Positions 19,102-29,419 of a stretch of DNA of 64,000 nucleotides are shown in pieces (positions within the stretch are counted from its first letter, which is position 1; each line of letters starts with the position of its first letter). The stretch lies in NCBI GenBank assembly GCA_963835575.1, contig CAWIGG010000002.1, forward strand, positions 1,632,001 to 1,696,000. Direction: 5' to 3'. Both the position numbers and the translations under genes were made by a program. The notes under the pieces were generated by a model. It searched no databases. It had not been told where the DNA came from and saw nothing but the letters and a program-made list of their open reading frames with translations. This DNA comes from an uncultured Spirochaetota bacterium (GTDB lineage: Bacteria > Spirochaetota > Brevinematia > Brevinematales > JAOACQ01).

Positions 19102-20781
19102 TTATGAGGCTGTTTTATTTAATAATTTAACCAGCATAACCTGATTACCCTTATTATTATACCGGATTTCATCGAAAACGCTGACTGCCATCGATATACC
19201 CCTGCCATGGGGAAGCATCTTCTCCTTCACTTCATTCTGAATCTGAGCAAACTGTTTTTTATAATCAAAGCCATTGCCTTCGTCAGTTATTTTATACACA
19301 GCCTTTAGAGGAGTGATGGAATATTCCAGCGTGACTTTTTTATCTTTGCAACCAGGGGCCTGCTGCCTCTTTAATATGAATTCCATATAGTTTTCCTTAT
19401 TCATGGCGTCGGTTTTTTCTTCAAAAGTTATCCCCAGGTTCCCATGCTCTATCGCGTTGATTATAATTTCACGAAGGCAGACGCGGAGATAACTGACATC
19501 CCTGAAATGCATATACCGGTTCAGGTTTCTGACCAGCCGCGCGCTGATTTCATCGGCCGTGATGAGATAATTACCGATTATATACTTCTGCATTTCAGAG
19601 TGGAAGCAATCCAGCAGAATATCTTCTACAACAGGCGTCGCTTTTCCGACAATTTCATTCTCGTCTTCAATATGGATTCGCTCCAGCCTGACCCTGAATT
19701 CTTTCGGTTCATCGCTGGTAAACGGTTTTAACAGCACCTTATAGTCAAATGATTTCCCCTGATTTAAAAGATTGTCCAGATTGGCATTGATAATTTTCCG
19801 CGTCAAGCCCTTATCATCAGGGTCCTCATAAAGAAGGTCCTTGAATGAAAGAGTCTTTAACTTTTCCATTGTCATATTCAGCATTTTAAGAACAGCATTA
19901 TTCGCGTTAATAAAATAAAGCCGGCTGTCAAGAGAAAAAATAAAATCATTGGTCCCTTCAACAATCAGACGGTATTTTTTTTCTGACATTGAAATTATTC
20001 TGCTTGATTTTTCGGCTTCTTTCATGCCGGCCACAAAAAGCCTGGTCAGCCCTGCCATCGAAAATAGTGTCAGCAGCGTAATACCGAGGCTGAAACGGGA
20101 AAATTGTATTTGCGGGATCGGATCCAGATTTATTCTTGTGTAAACAAATACAATGTCATCGGCTGCCGCATACACCGCTATCAATATACCCAGCAAGGCA
20201 AAGATAAGGCTTCCGAACTTCTTATGCCAGAATAGATCGATTGTTATGCAGATCAAGGAATAGAATACCAATCCACCCAGAAGTATATCCCTCAGCTGAT
20301 AGAGAGCTCCCTGCATTCCCCTGCCGAAATCGCTTTCAATTTTCAATGCCGTCGATACCGGCTCTGTTAGTGAAATATAACTGGCCGGATAAGCGAACGC
20401 TAATACAGTAATTGACGCGGCTGTAAATAAGCCGATATAAGCTAAGATTCTATTGAATTTTCTCCATTTTTTATTAAGCTCGAGCAGGTAGGATATGAAA
20501 TAAGGCAAGGCAAATAAATAAAACACTCCGGCAAGCTGTTCAATCCTGTCAAACTGCCTGGCAAAAACGGCATTATGCTGCCAACTCCCTACTGCTAAAA
20601 TCATTGTCTCGCCGCCGACAAAGAAAAAACCGAAAAGACCTATCAAAGCCATCGCCAGATAGAGTTTATTGTGATACTGGAGATAGATATAGATAAATAA
20701 TAAAAACCCGCCGATGAGTACGCCGGCACAAACAGGAGGGACTAAAAAAGTCACTAACTGCAGTTTTTGAGCAAATTCCAT
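19102..20781 (-). CDS. 7TM-PAS-HATPase_c (RsbW/anti-sigma-kinase-like) sensor
   Basis: Multiple TMs, SEKKYRLIVE PAS start, LREIIINAIEHGN, DEGNGF, GRGI; no HisKA H-box seen. Confidence 0.75.
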   Translation of the reverse strand: MEFAQKLQLVTFLVPPVCAGVLIGGFLLFIYIYLQYHNKLYLAMALIGLFGFFFVGGETMILAVGSWQHNAVFARQFDRIEQLAGVFYLFALPYFISYLLELNKKWRKFNRILAYIGLFTAASITVLAFAYPASYISLTEPVSTALKIESDFGRGMQGALYQLRDILLGGLVFYSLICITIDLFWHKKFGSLIFALLGILIAVYAAADDIVFVYTRINLDPIPQIQFSRFSLGITLLTLFSMAGLTRLFVAGMKEAEKSSRIISMSEKKYRLIVEGTNDFIFSLDSRLYFINANNAVLKMLNMTMEKLKTLSFKDLLYEDPDDKGLTRKIINANLDNLLNQGKSFDYKVLLKPFTSDEPKEFRVRLERIHIEDENEIVGKATPVVEDILLDCFHSEMQKYIIGNYLITADEISARLVRNLNRYMHFRDVSYLRVCLREIIINAIEHGNLGITFEEKTDAMNKENYMEFILKRQQAPGCKDKKVTLEYSITPLKAVYKITDEGNGFDYKKQFAQIQNEVKEKMLPHGRGISMAVSVFDEIRYNNKGNQVMLVKLLNKTAS

Positions 20782-21052
20782 TCTTCTCTCACCTTATTTA
20801 ATTCAAATTGAGCGATTCTTTCTGCAAAAGCTTATCAATAGCCCCTCATTATAAATAAAAAAACATACCGCTCAATTAAGATTTAATTTTAAACCTATGC
20901 CGGCTTATTTTATATATAAACAAACATATTTTCAAGTAATGGCAGATATCTTTTTGAATAAAATAATTGATGTTTTTATAGAAGAGCGGCATAATTTCTA
21001 TTCATTCAATGCCAGACTCTTTTTTCTTGTAATTAAAAAAAACGGGGTGTTT

Positions 21053-22015
21053 ATGAAATTACCGGTTTATACTGAACTTTCCAACTATGCGACCCGCATC
21101 GGCGGCAAAAAAATCTCCGCGGATATTTCCCTGGTCCTGATTATCAGCAGTTTATCCGACCCTGTCAATTCTATTAATTCAATATATCAATTTGTCTCCC
21201 ATTCAAAACACAAATGCGAATTTATCATGATCAATACCGATAAGGAAGGCTATAAATATGATAAACTTCTCGCCACATTTCCTTTGATGCGGGTTATCCT
21301 GCCCCAGGAGAAAATCAAGTTAAAAGAAGCGATATATATCGCGATTGCGGAAAGCCTCTCAAATAATATCTTATTTATGAATGAATACTTTATTATAAAA
21401 TCCCTTGATCTGGACCTGCTTAAAATGTATCTTTCCGAATCCAGCTTCGGCTCTTTTATTCCTCTGATTACTAATGAAAAAGAAGAAATTATTCCCGGTA
21501 TAATAAAGGGAAATACTCATGACGGCTTTATCAACACTATTTCGACCGACATTGTCGGGACAGCAATATCTTCCATTTACTCAAAGTATTTCTGTTTCCT
21601 GCTCAATAAAGAAGCATGTGTTTCGAGGGATATAACGTTAAATGATTATGAAGACATCCGGTATACATTATTGGAGTTTGGTTATAAGCTCTGGAAAGAA
21701 GGTTATATTATTACCCAGATCAGGAATTTTAAAGTCATCTACAGCGGTACGGTCATCAATGATATCGCTCCGGATTTTAATAATAATGATTTTCTTTTAT
21801 TCAATTTCTCAAATATAACGGATAAAAATTTAATAAAAGGCCGCCGTCTGAAAGCGCTTCTTTTGATTTTCAACGCGATTTTCCTTTTTAAATGGAAAAA
21901 TATTCCCTTTCTGTTTAATCTTATCAAAAACTCCAAAAAAATAATCCAGGAGAATTTATCAAAACCCATTGAGGATTCCGCAATTTTTTCGATAATTAAT
22001 AAGGATATCAAGTAG
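21053..22015 (+). CDS. Divergent GT2-like glycosyltransferase or hypothetical protein
   Basis: DISLVLI...NILFMNE and EFGYKLWKEGY resemble a GT-A fold with degenerate DxD; next to an SpsF-like gene. Confidence 0.45.
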   Translation: MKLPVYTELSNYATRIGGKKISADISLVLIISSLSDPVNSINSIYQFVSHSKHKCEFIMINTDKEGYKYDKLLATFPLMRVILPQEKIKLKEAIYIAIAESLSNNILFMNEYFIIKSLDLDLLKMYLSESSFGSFIPLITNEKEEIIPGIIKGNTHDGFINTISTDIVGTAISSIYSKYFCFLLNKEACVSRDITLNDYEDIRYTLLEFGYKLWKEGYIITQIRNFKVIYSGTVINDIAPDFNNNDFLLFNFSNITDKNLIKGRRLKALLLIFNAIFLFKWKNIPFLFNLIKNSKKIIQENLSKPIEDSAIFSIINKDIK

Positions 22016-22103
22016 CCTGAAATTAAGGGCCGGACTTTAAATACATTGTTTATTATTTCACTTATTCCGATTCTTGACAAAAGACTGCTCCAAGGAGATG
22101 TTT

Positions 22104-22829
22104 ATGAAAAAAGAAGTTGATGTCATTATCCAGGCAAGGATGGATTCCACAAGGCTTCCGCGCAAAGTCATTCTGCCGATAGGGAAAAAACCGCTTCTCG
22201 GCCATATCATTGACCGTTTATCGGTCTCAAAATATATCAGGAATATTATCATTGCCACAACCGAGGATTCCCTGGCGCCGATATCTTCCGCTCTTTCTCA
22301 TTATCATTCTATTAAGTATTTCACCGGCAGCAAAACCAATGTTCTGGAAAGATATTATCTGGCCGCGAAACTTTACGACAGTAAAGTGATTGTAAGGGCA
22401 ACCGGAGATAATCCTCTTGTCTGCCCGGAATTTCTCGATAAAGCGCTGGAGTATCATACAGAAGCGGACGCGGACCTCACCCATTTTCTGGGAATACCTC
22501 TGGGAACGGGAGTTGAAGTCATCAGCCGCGAAGCGTTGAACGCCGTTTATAAAAGCGCCAAACACCCTTATGACCTGGAGCATGTCACGCCGTTTATTTA
22601 CAAAAACAGGGATTCTTTTAAAGTCCTGGAGCCCTTATCCAGCGGACTGTATTACGCCCCTGAAATACGCGTGACAGTCGACACAGCCGATGATATGGAC
22701 CATGTCAGGCGTATATACGATCATTACAAAAATAAGGGATTCATTTCAATGGAAGATATCATCACTTTTCATAAAAAGCCTGAAAAGGTAAAAGGATTCT
22801 TTCATTCCGGCATTCCGGTAGTAGCATAA
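22104..22829 (+). CDS. SpsF-like cytidylyltransferase
   Basis: IIQARMDSTRLPRKV, GS..NVLERY, VRATGDNP, EHVTPFIY, RVTVDTADD. Confidence 0.85.
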   Translation: MKKEVDVIIQARMDSTRLPRKVILPIGKKPLLGHIIDRLSVSKYIRNIIIATTEDSLAPISSALSHYHSIKYFTGSKTNVLERYYLAAKLYDSKVIVRATGDNPLVCPEFLDKALEYHTEADADLTHFLGIPLGTGVEVISREALNAVYKSAKHPYDLEHVTPFIYKNRDSFKVLEPLSSGLYYAPEIRVTVDTADDMDHVRRIYDHYKNKGFISMEDIITFHKKPEKVKGFFHSGIPVVA

Positions 22830-22854
22830 ATTTATTTACGTGTATAACGACTTA

Positions 22855-23027
22855 TCCGCTAATTCACGCGAATGGACGCGAAGAGGAACCAGGAATGTCA
22901 AACCACAAATAGCACGAATATTCATAAATAAACTTGAATAAATATAGACAAAATAAACGACCTCTAAGGATATGAAATTATTAGTGAAACATGTTTTCCT
23001 TAGCGTGCATTAGCGTGGCTTAGCGGA
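22855..23027. repeat. Inverted pair of periodic repeat arms with an additional internal arm
   Basis: TCCGCTAATTCACGCGAATGGACGCGAAG (22855-83) vs reverse complement of 22999-23027, TCCGCTAAGCCACGCTAATGCACGCTAAG; internal AACCACAAATAGCACGAAT (22901). Confidence 0.7.
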
Positions 23028-23233
23028 AGACCGGACAAATTGACTATTCATTATCAGCAAACTCACCGCATATTTTACAGAATAATACTGATTTTTCTGT
23101 GAATATCCGTGAAATTCTGCAGCTCGTCTTATATAAACAAAAAACATCTATATTTCCTCATTCCTGTCAGAATATTTACAAAATCTCCTTTTGATTTTAT
23201 CATTATAGGGTTAAAAGTTAATAAGGAGCCAGA

Positions 23234-24370
23234 ATGTACCTCTATAAATCCCACCGTCCCACATGGGTGGAAATCGACATGGACGCCCTGAAAAACAATT
23301 TTCTCGAAATAAAAAAACGCTGTCTTGAATCCACGCTCCTGATGGGAGTGGTCAAGGCGGATGCTTACGGGCATGGAGCCGTCGCAATATCCCAGGAACT
23401 TTTAAAGCTGGGCGTGGAATATCTGGCTGTTTCAAATATTGATGAGGCAATGGAATTGAGGAGTTCCGGAATTTCGCTGCCCGTTCTTTTGCTGGGCCCT
23501 GTTGAGTCGGTCGAATTCGGCAAATTGATAGAATTCAATATCTACCCGACCGTTATCAGTGTCGAATATGCGAAGGAATTATCGGAAGCGTACCGCTACC
23601 GCGGTATTTATCCGAAAGTTCACATAAAAGTGGACACGGGGATGGGCCGGCTGGGCATACCGATTGAAAAAGCCCTTATCGGTATTGAACAGATCTCAAA
23701 AATGGAAGGGATTATTGTCGACGGCGTCTATACGCATTTTCCTTCCGCCGATGACGACCTTGGATTTTCCACCCATCAAATTAAAATATTCGCATCGCTG
23801 GTGAAAGAACTTAAAAAAATCGATATTAAAGTCCGCCATTTCCATATCGCGAACAGCGCGGCCGTGTTCAATCTGCCGGCCTCGGTCCAGCAGCCCTTTA
23901 CAATGGCAAGATCGGGCCTTGCGCTTTACGGTTATTCGACAAAGCCCCAGGAAAGCTTAACTAACACCATGTCTTTAAAAACTAAAATCATGGCCATTAA
24001 CTGCCTGAAAAAGGGCGATACGGTCAGCTATCTCAGGACATATGAAATTAAAAAAAGCAAAGAATATATCGCTGTTCTGCCTGTCGGCTACGCGGACGGC
24101 ATTCCGACCCAGTATTCAAATAAAGGCGACGTCCTGATTAAAAATAAATTATATTCAGTCGCCGGAAGGGTCTGCATGGACTATATGATGGTTTCGCTGG
24201 GCGAGTTCGCTCAGGACATCAATATCGGCGATGAAGTGACGATCTTCGGAAAAGGGAATATCAGCGTTGAAAAATTCGGTTCTATCTGCCGGAGGATACC
24301 TTATGAAGTGACTTGCGATATTTCCAAAAGGGTGCCCCGGATTTATTTAAGAAAAGAAGATAAGAGATAG
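23234..24370 (+). CDS. alr: Alanine racemase
   Basis: VVKADAYGHG PLP-Lys motif, HIKVDTGMGRLG, PVGYADG, GRVCMD, IPYE. Confidence 0.95.
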   Translation: MYLYKSHRPTWVEIDMDALKNNFLEIKKRCLESTLLMGVVKADAYGHGAVAISQELLKLGVEYLAVSNIDEAMELRSSGISLPVLLLGPVESVEFGKLIEFNIYPTVISVEYAKELSEAYRYRGIYPKVHIKVDTGMGRLGIPIEKALIGIEQISKMEGIIVDGVYTHFPSADDDLGFSTHQIKIFASLVKELKKIDIKVRHFHIANSAAVFNLPASVQQPFTMARSGLALYGYSTKPQESLTNTMSLKTKIMAINCLKKGDTVSYLRTYEIKKSKEYIAVLPVGYADGIPTQYSNKGDVLIKNKLYSVAGRVCMDYMMVSLGEFAQDINIGDEVTIFGKGNISVEKFGSICRRIPYEVTCDISKRVPRIYLRKEDKR

Positions 24371-24376
24371 CTCAAT

Positions 24377-25207
24377 ATGGTTTTTGATTTTCATGTTCAT
24401 TTCTTTCCGGATAATGTGGCTGAAAAAGCATTAAGCTCCCTCAGTGAAATAGGCGGAGTTAAACCTTACGGCAGCGGAACATTTGATTCCCTTGTTTCTT
24501 ATATGAAAGAGGACCATATTGATTATGTTTTAAACCAGCCGGTGGCTACAAAGCCCGATCAGGTTATTTCGATCAACAGGCAGATGATCAATATCAATAA
24601 AAAATCATCCGGTGTTCTTTCATTCGGCTCCATGCACCCTGATTTCGGCAGAATAAGCGATCCGGCTGAAGAGCTTTCTTTTATTTCTCAAAACGGGTTG
24701 AAAGGAATAAAACTTCATTCGGAATACCAGGATTTTTATCCGGATGATGATAAACTCACTCCGATTTATGAAGCCTGCGCGAAGTATAATATCATCGTAC
24801 TTTTTCACAGCGGCAGGGACCTCGGCTTCACAAGCGTCCATGCGACGCCGGACAGGCTCAGGCAGGTCGCCCGGGTTCCGGGCATTAAGCTGGTTCTGGC
24901 GCATATGGGGGCCTATCAGCTCTGGAATGACGTGGAGAAATATCTTGTCGGCATAAATAATATTTACTTTGATACCGCTTTTACCGTCGAAATGGACAAC
25001 AGCCGGATGAAGGAATTGATCAAAGGCCAAGGCTTTGATAAAGTTCTTTACGCGAGCGATTTTCCCTGGGAAAGACAGAGCCTGGTCTATGATAAAATAA
25101 AATCCCTGAATTTGCCTTCTGAGGCGGAAGAGCTTATTTTTTATAAGAACGCATTCAATCTATTAAATTTTGAAATGAGCGATTTTTTTATCAAAGCTAA
25201 TAAATAG
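24377..25207 (+). CDS. Amidohydrolase_2 family metal-dependent hydrolase
   Basis: DFHVH, GIKLH, FHSG, LAHMG, YFDTA, YASDFP. Confidence 0.85.
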   Translation: MVFDFHVHFFPDNVAEKALSSLSEIGGVKPYGSGTFDSLVSYMKEDHIDYVLNQPVATKPDQVISINRQMININKKSSGVLSFGSMHPDFGRISDPAEELSFISQNGLKGIKLHSEYQDFYPDDDKLTPIYEACAKYNIIVLFHSGRDLGFTSVHATPDRLRQVARVPGIKLVLAHMGAYQLWNDVEKYLVGINNIYFDTAFTVEMDNSRMKELIKGQGFDKVLYASDFPWERQSLVYDKIKSLNLPSEAEELIFYKNAFNLLNFEMSDFFIKANK

Positions 25208-25273
25208 GCATTTTTTCCACCGCGCCGGTTCCCGAGTAGCGAAGCGTATCAAGGGACGCGGGGGGGAAATGCA
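25208..25273. repeat. REP-like GC hairpin
   Basis: GCATTT..CCGCG..TCCC-GAGTAGCGAAGCGTATC-AAGGGA-CGCGG..AAATGC. Confidence 0.45.
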
Positions 25274-25339
25274 CTAATATATACTGTAGAAAATAAAATA
25301 AATCGCTCCATTCAGGAAAATATAAATTAGGAGATAAAA

Positions 25340-26353
25340 ATGGCAGTCAATTACAAAGATTTAGGTTTTGTGAACACCAGGGTGATGTTCCAGGTCGCTT
25401 TAAAGGAAGGCTTTGCTGTTCCCGCTTATAATTTTAACAATATGGAACAGATCCAGGCCATTGTCATGGCCTGCCTTGAAAGCCAGTCGCCTGTTATTCT
25501 TCAGGTGTCCAAAGGCGCCCGTGAATACGCGGATCAGACGCTCCTCCGCTATATGGGCCAGGGTGTTGTTGAAATGATGCGCAGGGAAGCCAAGGCTAAA
25601 GGCATTGGCGAAATCCCCATAGCGCTCCATCTGGACCATGGAGACACATATGAACTCTGCGTGTCCTGTATCGAAACCGGCTTTTCTTCAGTCATGATAG
25701 ACGGTTCGCACCATACATACGAAGAGAATGCCGTATTGACAAAAAAAGTCGTCGAATACGCCCACAAATTCGATGTCACTGTCGAAGGCGAGCTGGGCAT
25801 TCTGGCCGGCGTGGAAGACGAAGTCAAGGCCGAACAGCATACATACACCAGGCCTGAAGAAGTGCAGGATTTTGTCGGCAAGACCGGCGTTGATTCGCTG
25901 GCGATCGCCATCGGAACTTCGCATGGCGCTTATAAATTCAAACCCGGCCAGAAGGCGGAAATCCGGCTTGATATTCTGCATGAAATTGAAAAGAGGCTTC
26001 CTGGTTTCCCGATTGTCCTCCATGGCTCATCTTCAGTCCCGCCCGAAGCCGTCGCTCTCATCAATAAATACGGCGGCAAGCTGCAGGACTCCATCGGCAT
26101 TCCCGAGACCCAGCTTCGCGAAGCGGCAAAATCCGCTGTCTGCAAAATCAATATAGACTCCGACGGAAGGCTCGTTATGACGGCCAAGATCAGGGAAACC
26201 TTCGCGAATAAGCCGGAAGAGTTCGATCCCAGAAAGTATCTCGGACCGGCAAGGGACGCTCTGAAGAAAATGTACATGGATAAGAACGTCAATGTGCTGG
26301 GAAGCGCCGGGAAAGCGCCGCTGATCATGGAAGCTTTAAAGAAAGCAAAGTAA
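25340..26353 (+). CDS. fba: Class II fructose-1,6-bisphosphate aldolase
   Basis: LHLDHG, FSSVMIDGS, VEGELG, AIGTSHGAYKF, VLHGSS, KINIDSD, FDPRKYL. Confidence 0.95.
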   Translation: MAVNYKDLGFVNTRVMFQVALKEGFAVPAYNFNNMEQIQAIVMACLESQSPVILQVSKGAREYADQTLLRYMGQGVVEMMRREAKAKGIGEIPIALHLDHGDTYELCVSCIETGFSSVMIDGSHHTYEENAVLTKKVVEYAHKFDVTVEGELGILAGVEDEVKAEQHTYTRPEEVQDFVGKTGVDSLAIAIGTSHGAYKFKPGQKAEIRLDILHEIEKRLPGFPIVLHGSSSVPPEAVALINKYGGKLQDSIGIPETQLREAAKSAVCKINIDSDGRLVMTAKIRETFANKPEEFDPRKYLGPARDALKKMYMDKNVNVLGSAGKAPLIMEALKKAK

Positions 26354-26377
26354 ACGAAACTATATCTATAATAAAGG

Positions 26378-26411
26378 AAGGCGGCGATCAATTTCACCGC
26401 CTTTTCTTTTT
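26378..26411 (+). terminator. Intrinsic terminator of fba
   Basis: AAGGCGG-CGATCAATTTCA-CCGCCTT followed by TTCTTTTT. Confidence 0.7.
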
Positions 26412-26440
26412 ACCACGAAGATCACGAAGGGCACAAAGAG
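26411..26440 (+). repeat. Periodic repeat arm ACCACGAAG ATCACGAAG GGCACAAAG
   Basis: Three 9-nt units; a related arm lies inverted at 31026-31053. Confidence 0.6.
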
Positions 26441-26521
26441 GCACCAACAACGGGGATTGAAGGTTGTCTTTTGTTTCATTAAAAATCTACAACCAACTTC
26501 TCTTTTTATAATATCCGATTC

Positions 26522-26563
26522 AACACACAGATGAACGCTGATGAGGCGGATTTGCGCGGATTT
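26522..26563 (+). repeat. Periodic repeat arm (units ending in GAT)
   Basis: ACACAGAT GAACGCTGAT GAGGCGGAT TTGCGCGGAT; a related arm lies inverted at 29509-29548. Confidence 0.6.
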
Positions 26564-26650
26564 AGTTTTTATTTGAGTTGCTTTAAAATTGTTCGTCTGT
26601 AAGCAGGAATATCATGATTTATAAATATTTGCCAAGGTATCGTGAGGGAA

Positions 26651-28046
26651 GAGTTATAATAGAAAGTTGTGTATAGGAATAAATATTATAAAAAAGATGG
26701 CGTACCCTCTATAATTTATTTACGACAATAAACAAAAGGAGGAATACGCCATATGCCGAAGCACAACGAAGATTTTAAGCTCTTACAGGCTTTTAATCAA
26801 GATGAAACAGTAGAATTTTTATGTCTTGAAGAATTGGCAAGGATCGGGGCCAGGGAAATAATCAAGAAGGCTCTGGAAGATGAAATTAATGGGTTTCTTC
26901 AGGAGAGAGAGCATTTAACTATCGAAGACGGGAGAAAGGCAATAGTAAGAAATGGGTATCATAAAGCCCGTCAGATTCTCATTGGTGGAGGGGCTATTGA
27001 TGTATGTATTCCGAGAACAAGGAACCGACTCGGAGGCGACAATTTTCAAAGCCTAATAGTACCGCCGTATATGAGAAAAAGCCTGAGAATTGAGGAAGCC
27101 ATTCCATTGTTGTATCTCTATGGAGTCTCAGAGATGGATATGGAGAATGCCTTGAGAGGATTGCTTGGTGAAGAAGCGAAAGGATTATCAGCCTCAAGTA
27201 TAAGCAGAATGAAACAAGGATGGGGTAAAGAATATGATGAGTGGCGGACATCCGATTTAAGCGATAAAAAGTATTGCTATATATGGGTTGACGGCATTTA
27301 CTTCAATGTACAGGGCAGCGAAGACCGTTTATGCACTCTTGTAATGATCGGAGCCAATGAGAATGGTGAAAAGGAGATTATTCTTGTTGAAGAAGGTTAC
27401 AGAGAGAATTCCGAGACTTGGTTAGGGATATTAAGAAACCTAAAAGAAAAAGGTTTGAAAGGTCCTATTCTTTTTATCGGAGACGGAAGCCTTGGATTCT
27501 GGAAAGCAGCCAAAGAAGTATATCCTGAATCCAGATGGCAGAGATGCTGGGTTCATAAGATAAAGAACATTCTAAACAAGCTGCCCAAAGTATTACAGTC
27601 AAAGGCAAAAGAGATGCTTCATGAGATATGCAATGCTCCTGATAAGGATAATGCTATCAAAGCTTTTGAATTATTCCAGGCGGTTTTTAATCCTAAATAT
27701 CCAGCAGCTGTCGAATGTTTAGAAAAGGATTGGGAGCTTATGATCGAATTTTATAACTGTCCGGCGGAACATTGGGTACATATCCGTACGACAAACGTAA
27801 TAGAATCTACCTTCTCTACAGTTCGATTAAGAACTAAAAAGATGAGAGGCTGCGGAACCAGGGAAACGATTCTAATAATGGTCTATAAATTACTGGATAA
27901 GGCATCCAGGCGATGGAGAAAATTAAGAGGTTATGAAAAGATTAGCCTTGTATTGGAAGGCGCTGTTTTTGAGAACGGAGAGCTTGTAAAAAAGGCAGCA
28001 TAAAAAAATGAGAGGGTATGTCATACACAACATTTGACAAAAACTC
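26651..28046 (+). mobile_element. IS256-family element, copy 1
   Basis: TIRs GAGTTATAATAGAAAGTTGTGTAT / GAGTTTTTGTCAAATGTTGTGTAT; 9-bp TSD GTGAGGGAA (26642-50, 28047-55). Confidence 0.95.
26753..28003 (+). CDS. IS256 (Mutator) transposase, intact
   Basis: RNGY, YIWVDGIY, IGDGSLGFW, QRCWVHK, IRTTNVIES. Confidence 0.95.
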   Translation: MPKHNEDFKLLQAFNQDETVEFLCLEELARIGAREIIKKALEDEINGFLQEREHLTIEDGRKAIVRNGYHKARQILIGGGAIDVCIPRTRNRLGGDNFQSLIVPPYMRKSLRIEEAIPLLYLYGVSEMDMENALRGLLGEEAKGLSASSISRMKQGWGKEYDEWRTSDLSDKKYCYIWVDGIYFNVQGSEDRLCTLVMIGANENGEKEIILVEEGYRENSETWLGILRNLKEKGLKGPILFIGDGSLGFWKAAKEVYPESRWQRCWVHKIKNILNKLPKVLQSKAKEMLHEICNAPDKDNAIKAFELFQAVFNPKYPAAVECLEKDWELMIEFYNCPAEHWVHIRTTNVIESTFSTVRLRTKKMRGCGTRETILIMVYKLLDKASRRWRKLRGYEKISLVLEGAVFENGELVKKAA

Positions 28047-28062
28047 GTGAGGGAATTATAAT
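28034..28062 (+). promoter_or_regulatory. Hybrid consensus sigma70 promoter (IS256 -35 plus native -10)
   Basis: TTGACA (28034-39) - 17 bp - TATAAT (28057-62). Confidence 0.85.
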
Positions 28063-28069
28063 TATTGTA

Positions 28070-28105
28070 GTTCGCATATTATAAGTTGTACGCAATTTTG
28101 CTGGC
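28070..28105 (+). other. attI-like site / integron cassette 5' boundary
   Basis: TCGCATATTATAA-GTTGTAC; 28085-28105 is a 17/21 inverted match to 29074-29094. Confidence 0.55.
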
Positions 28106-28123
28106 AACTTATTTATTAGAAAT

Positions 28124-29074
28124 TTGAGGTGCTATTTGAGAAGTTTAATTTTAACTATATTTCTATTAATTAGTTTAATAAATTTAATATTTGCTTCAGA
28201 ATCAATTGAGTTAAAAACTGAAACTGGAATTATTTATGGAACATTAGAGTTGCCTTCAAATGAAGAAGTAAAACCATTGGCAATAATTGTTGCGGGTTCC
28301 GGACCAACAGATAGAAATGGAAATAATTCTTTGGGAATATCAGCTAATTCTTATAAGTTGTTAGCTGAAGAATTAAAAAAAAATAATGTAGCATCTTTAA
28401 GATATGATAAACGTGGTATAGCTGAAAGCCAAAAAGCTGGTTTAAATGAGAAAAAATTAAGTTTTAATGTTTATGTTAACGATTTAATTTTATGGATTAA
28501 AAAAATAAAAGAAGATAAACGGTTTAATAAGATTTATGTTATAGGCCATAGCGAAGGTTCATTAATTGGAATTATAGCTTTACAAAACGAATACTGTGAC
28601 GGTTTAGTATCAATATCAGGGGTTGGAAGAAAAGCTTCAGATATTTTAATTGAACAAATAATAAACAATAAAAATAATCCTAGAGAGATAATTGAAGAAT
28701 CAATGAAAATAATAAATGAATTGACAAATGGAATAACAGTCAATAATATTTCAAAAGATTTATTACCATTATTTAGACCAAGTGTTCAGCCATATTTGAT
28801 ATCTTGGTTTAAATATAATCCTTCAGAGGAAATAAAAAAATTAGATATTCCAATATTAATTCTTCAAGGCACTGAAGACATACAAGTTTCAGTCAAAGAA
28901 GCTGAAATCCTAACAAATTCAAATAAAAAAGCAGAATTAAAAATAATAAAAGGTATGACTCATACATTAAAAGATATTCGCGATCCATCAGAACAAATAA
29001 AGACTTATTATGATCCAAATATACCAATTTCATTAGAATTGGTAAAAAGCATATTGGATTTTATTAAAAGATAG
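28124..29074 (+). CDS. Secreted alpha/beta hydrolase (probable gene cassette)
   Basis: Signal peptide, GSGPTDRNGN, RYDKRG, GHSEG nucleophile elbow, GTEDIQV, GMTH; visibly AT-richer than neighbours. Confidence 0.9.
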   Translation: MRCYLRSLILTIFLLISLINLIFASESIELKTETGIIYGTLELPSNEEVKPLAIIVAGSGPTDRNGNNSLGISANSYKLLAEELKKNNVASLRYDKRGIAESQKAGLNEKKLSFNVYVNDLILWIKKIKEDKRFNKIYVIGHSEGSLIGIIALQNEYCDGLVSISGVGRKASDILIEQIINNKNNPREIIEESMKIINELTNGITVNNISKDLLPLFRPSVQPYLISWFKYNPSEEIKKLDIPILILQGTEDIQVSVKEAEILTNSNKKAELKIIKGMTHTLKDIRDPSEQIKTYYDPNIPISLELVKSILDFIKR

Positions 29075-29094
29075 CCAGCACAACTGTATACAAC

Positions 29095-29419
29095 GAGCCT
29101 GTCGAAAAACTCAAAACGACAAAAAGCGACGGTCTTTGTAACACCGGATAAAGACTTTTTCTGATTTTATACTGTCTTTAATCTTTGATATCAGACAAGC
29201 CGGACTTAAGCCATTTTTTCTCCCTTCATATTATCCCGAAAGCCTGAATTTTACTGATATTATATACGATACAGAATAACAGCCATTGAATATTAACCTT
29301 CTCTTTTCCCCTGAACGTGTGCTCGAACGTCCCTTCCATCAGCTGATCTGAAAAGCTGAGCGGTATCATTTCCATCTGTTCATAATTGACTGTCTTGTAT
29401 CTTGCCATTTCACAGTCTC
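29095..29419 (-). mobile_element. Internally deleted IS1182 derivative (mini-IS) in an attC-like site
   Basis: Ends GAGCCTGTCGAAAAAC / GAGACTGTGAA; 3-bp duplication AAC (29092-94, 29420-22). Confidence 0.75.
29226..29408 (-). pseudogene. IS1182 transposase remnant: N-terminus fused in frame to C-terminus
   Basis: MARYK..YEQ..IPLSFSDQL..GTFE joined to TFRGKEKVNIQWLLFCIVYNISKI. Confidence 0.8.
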
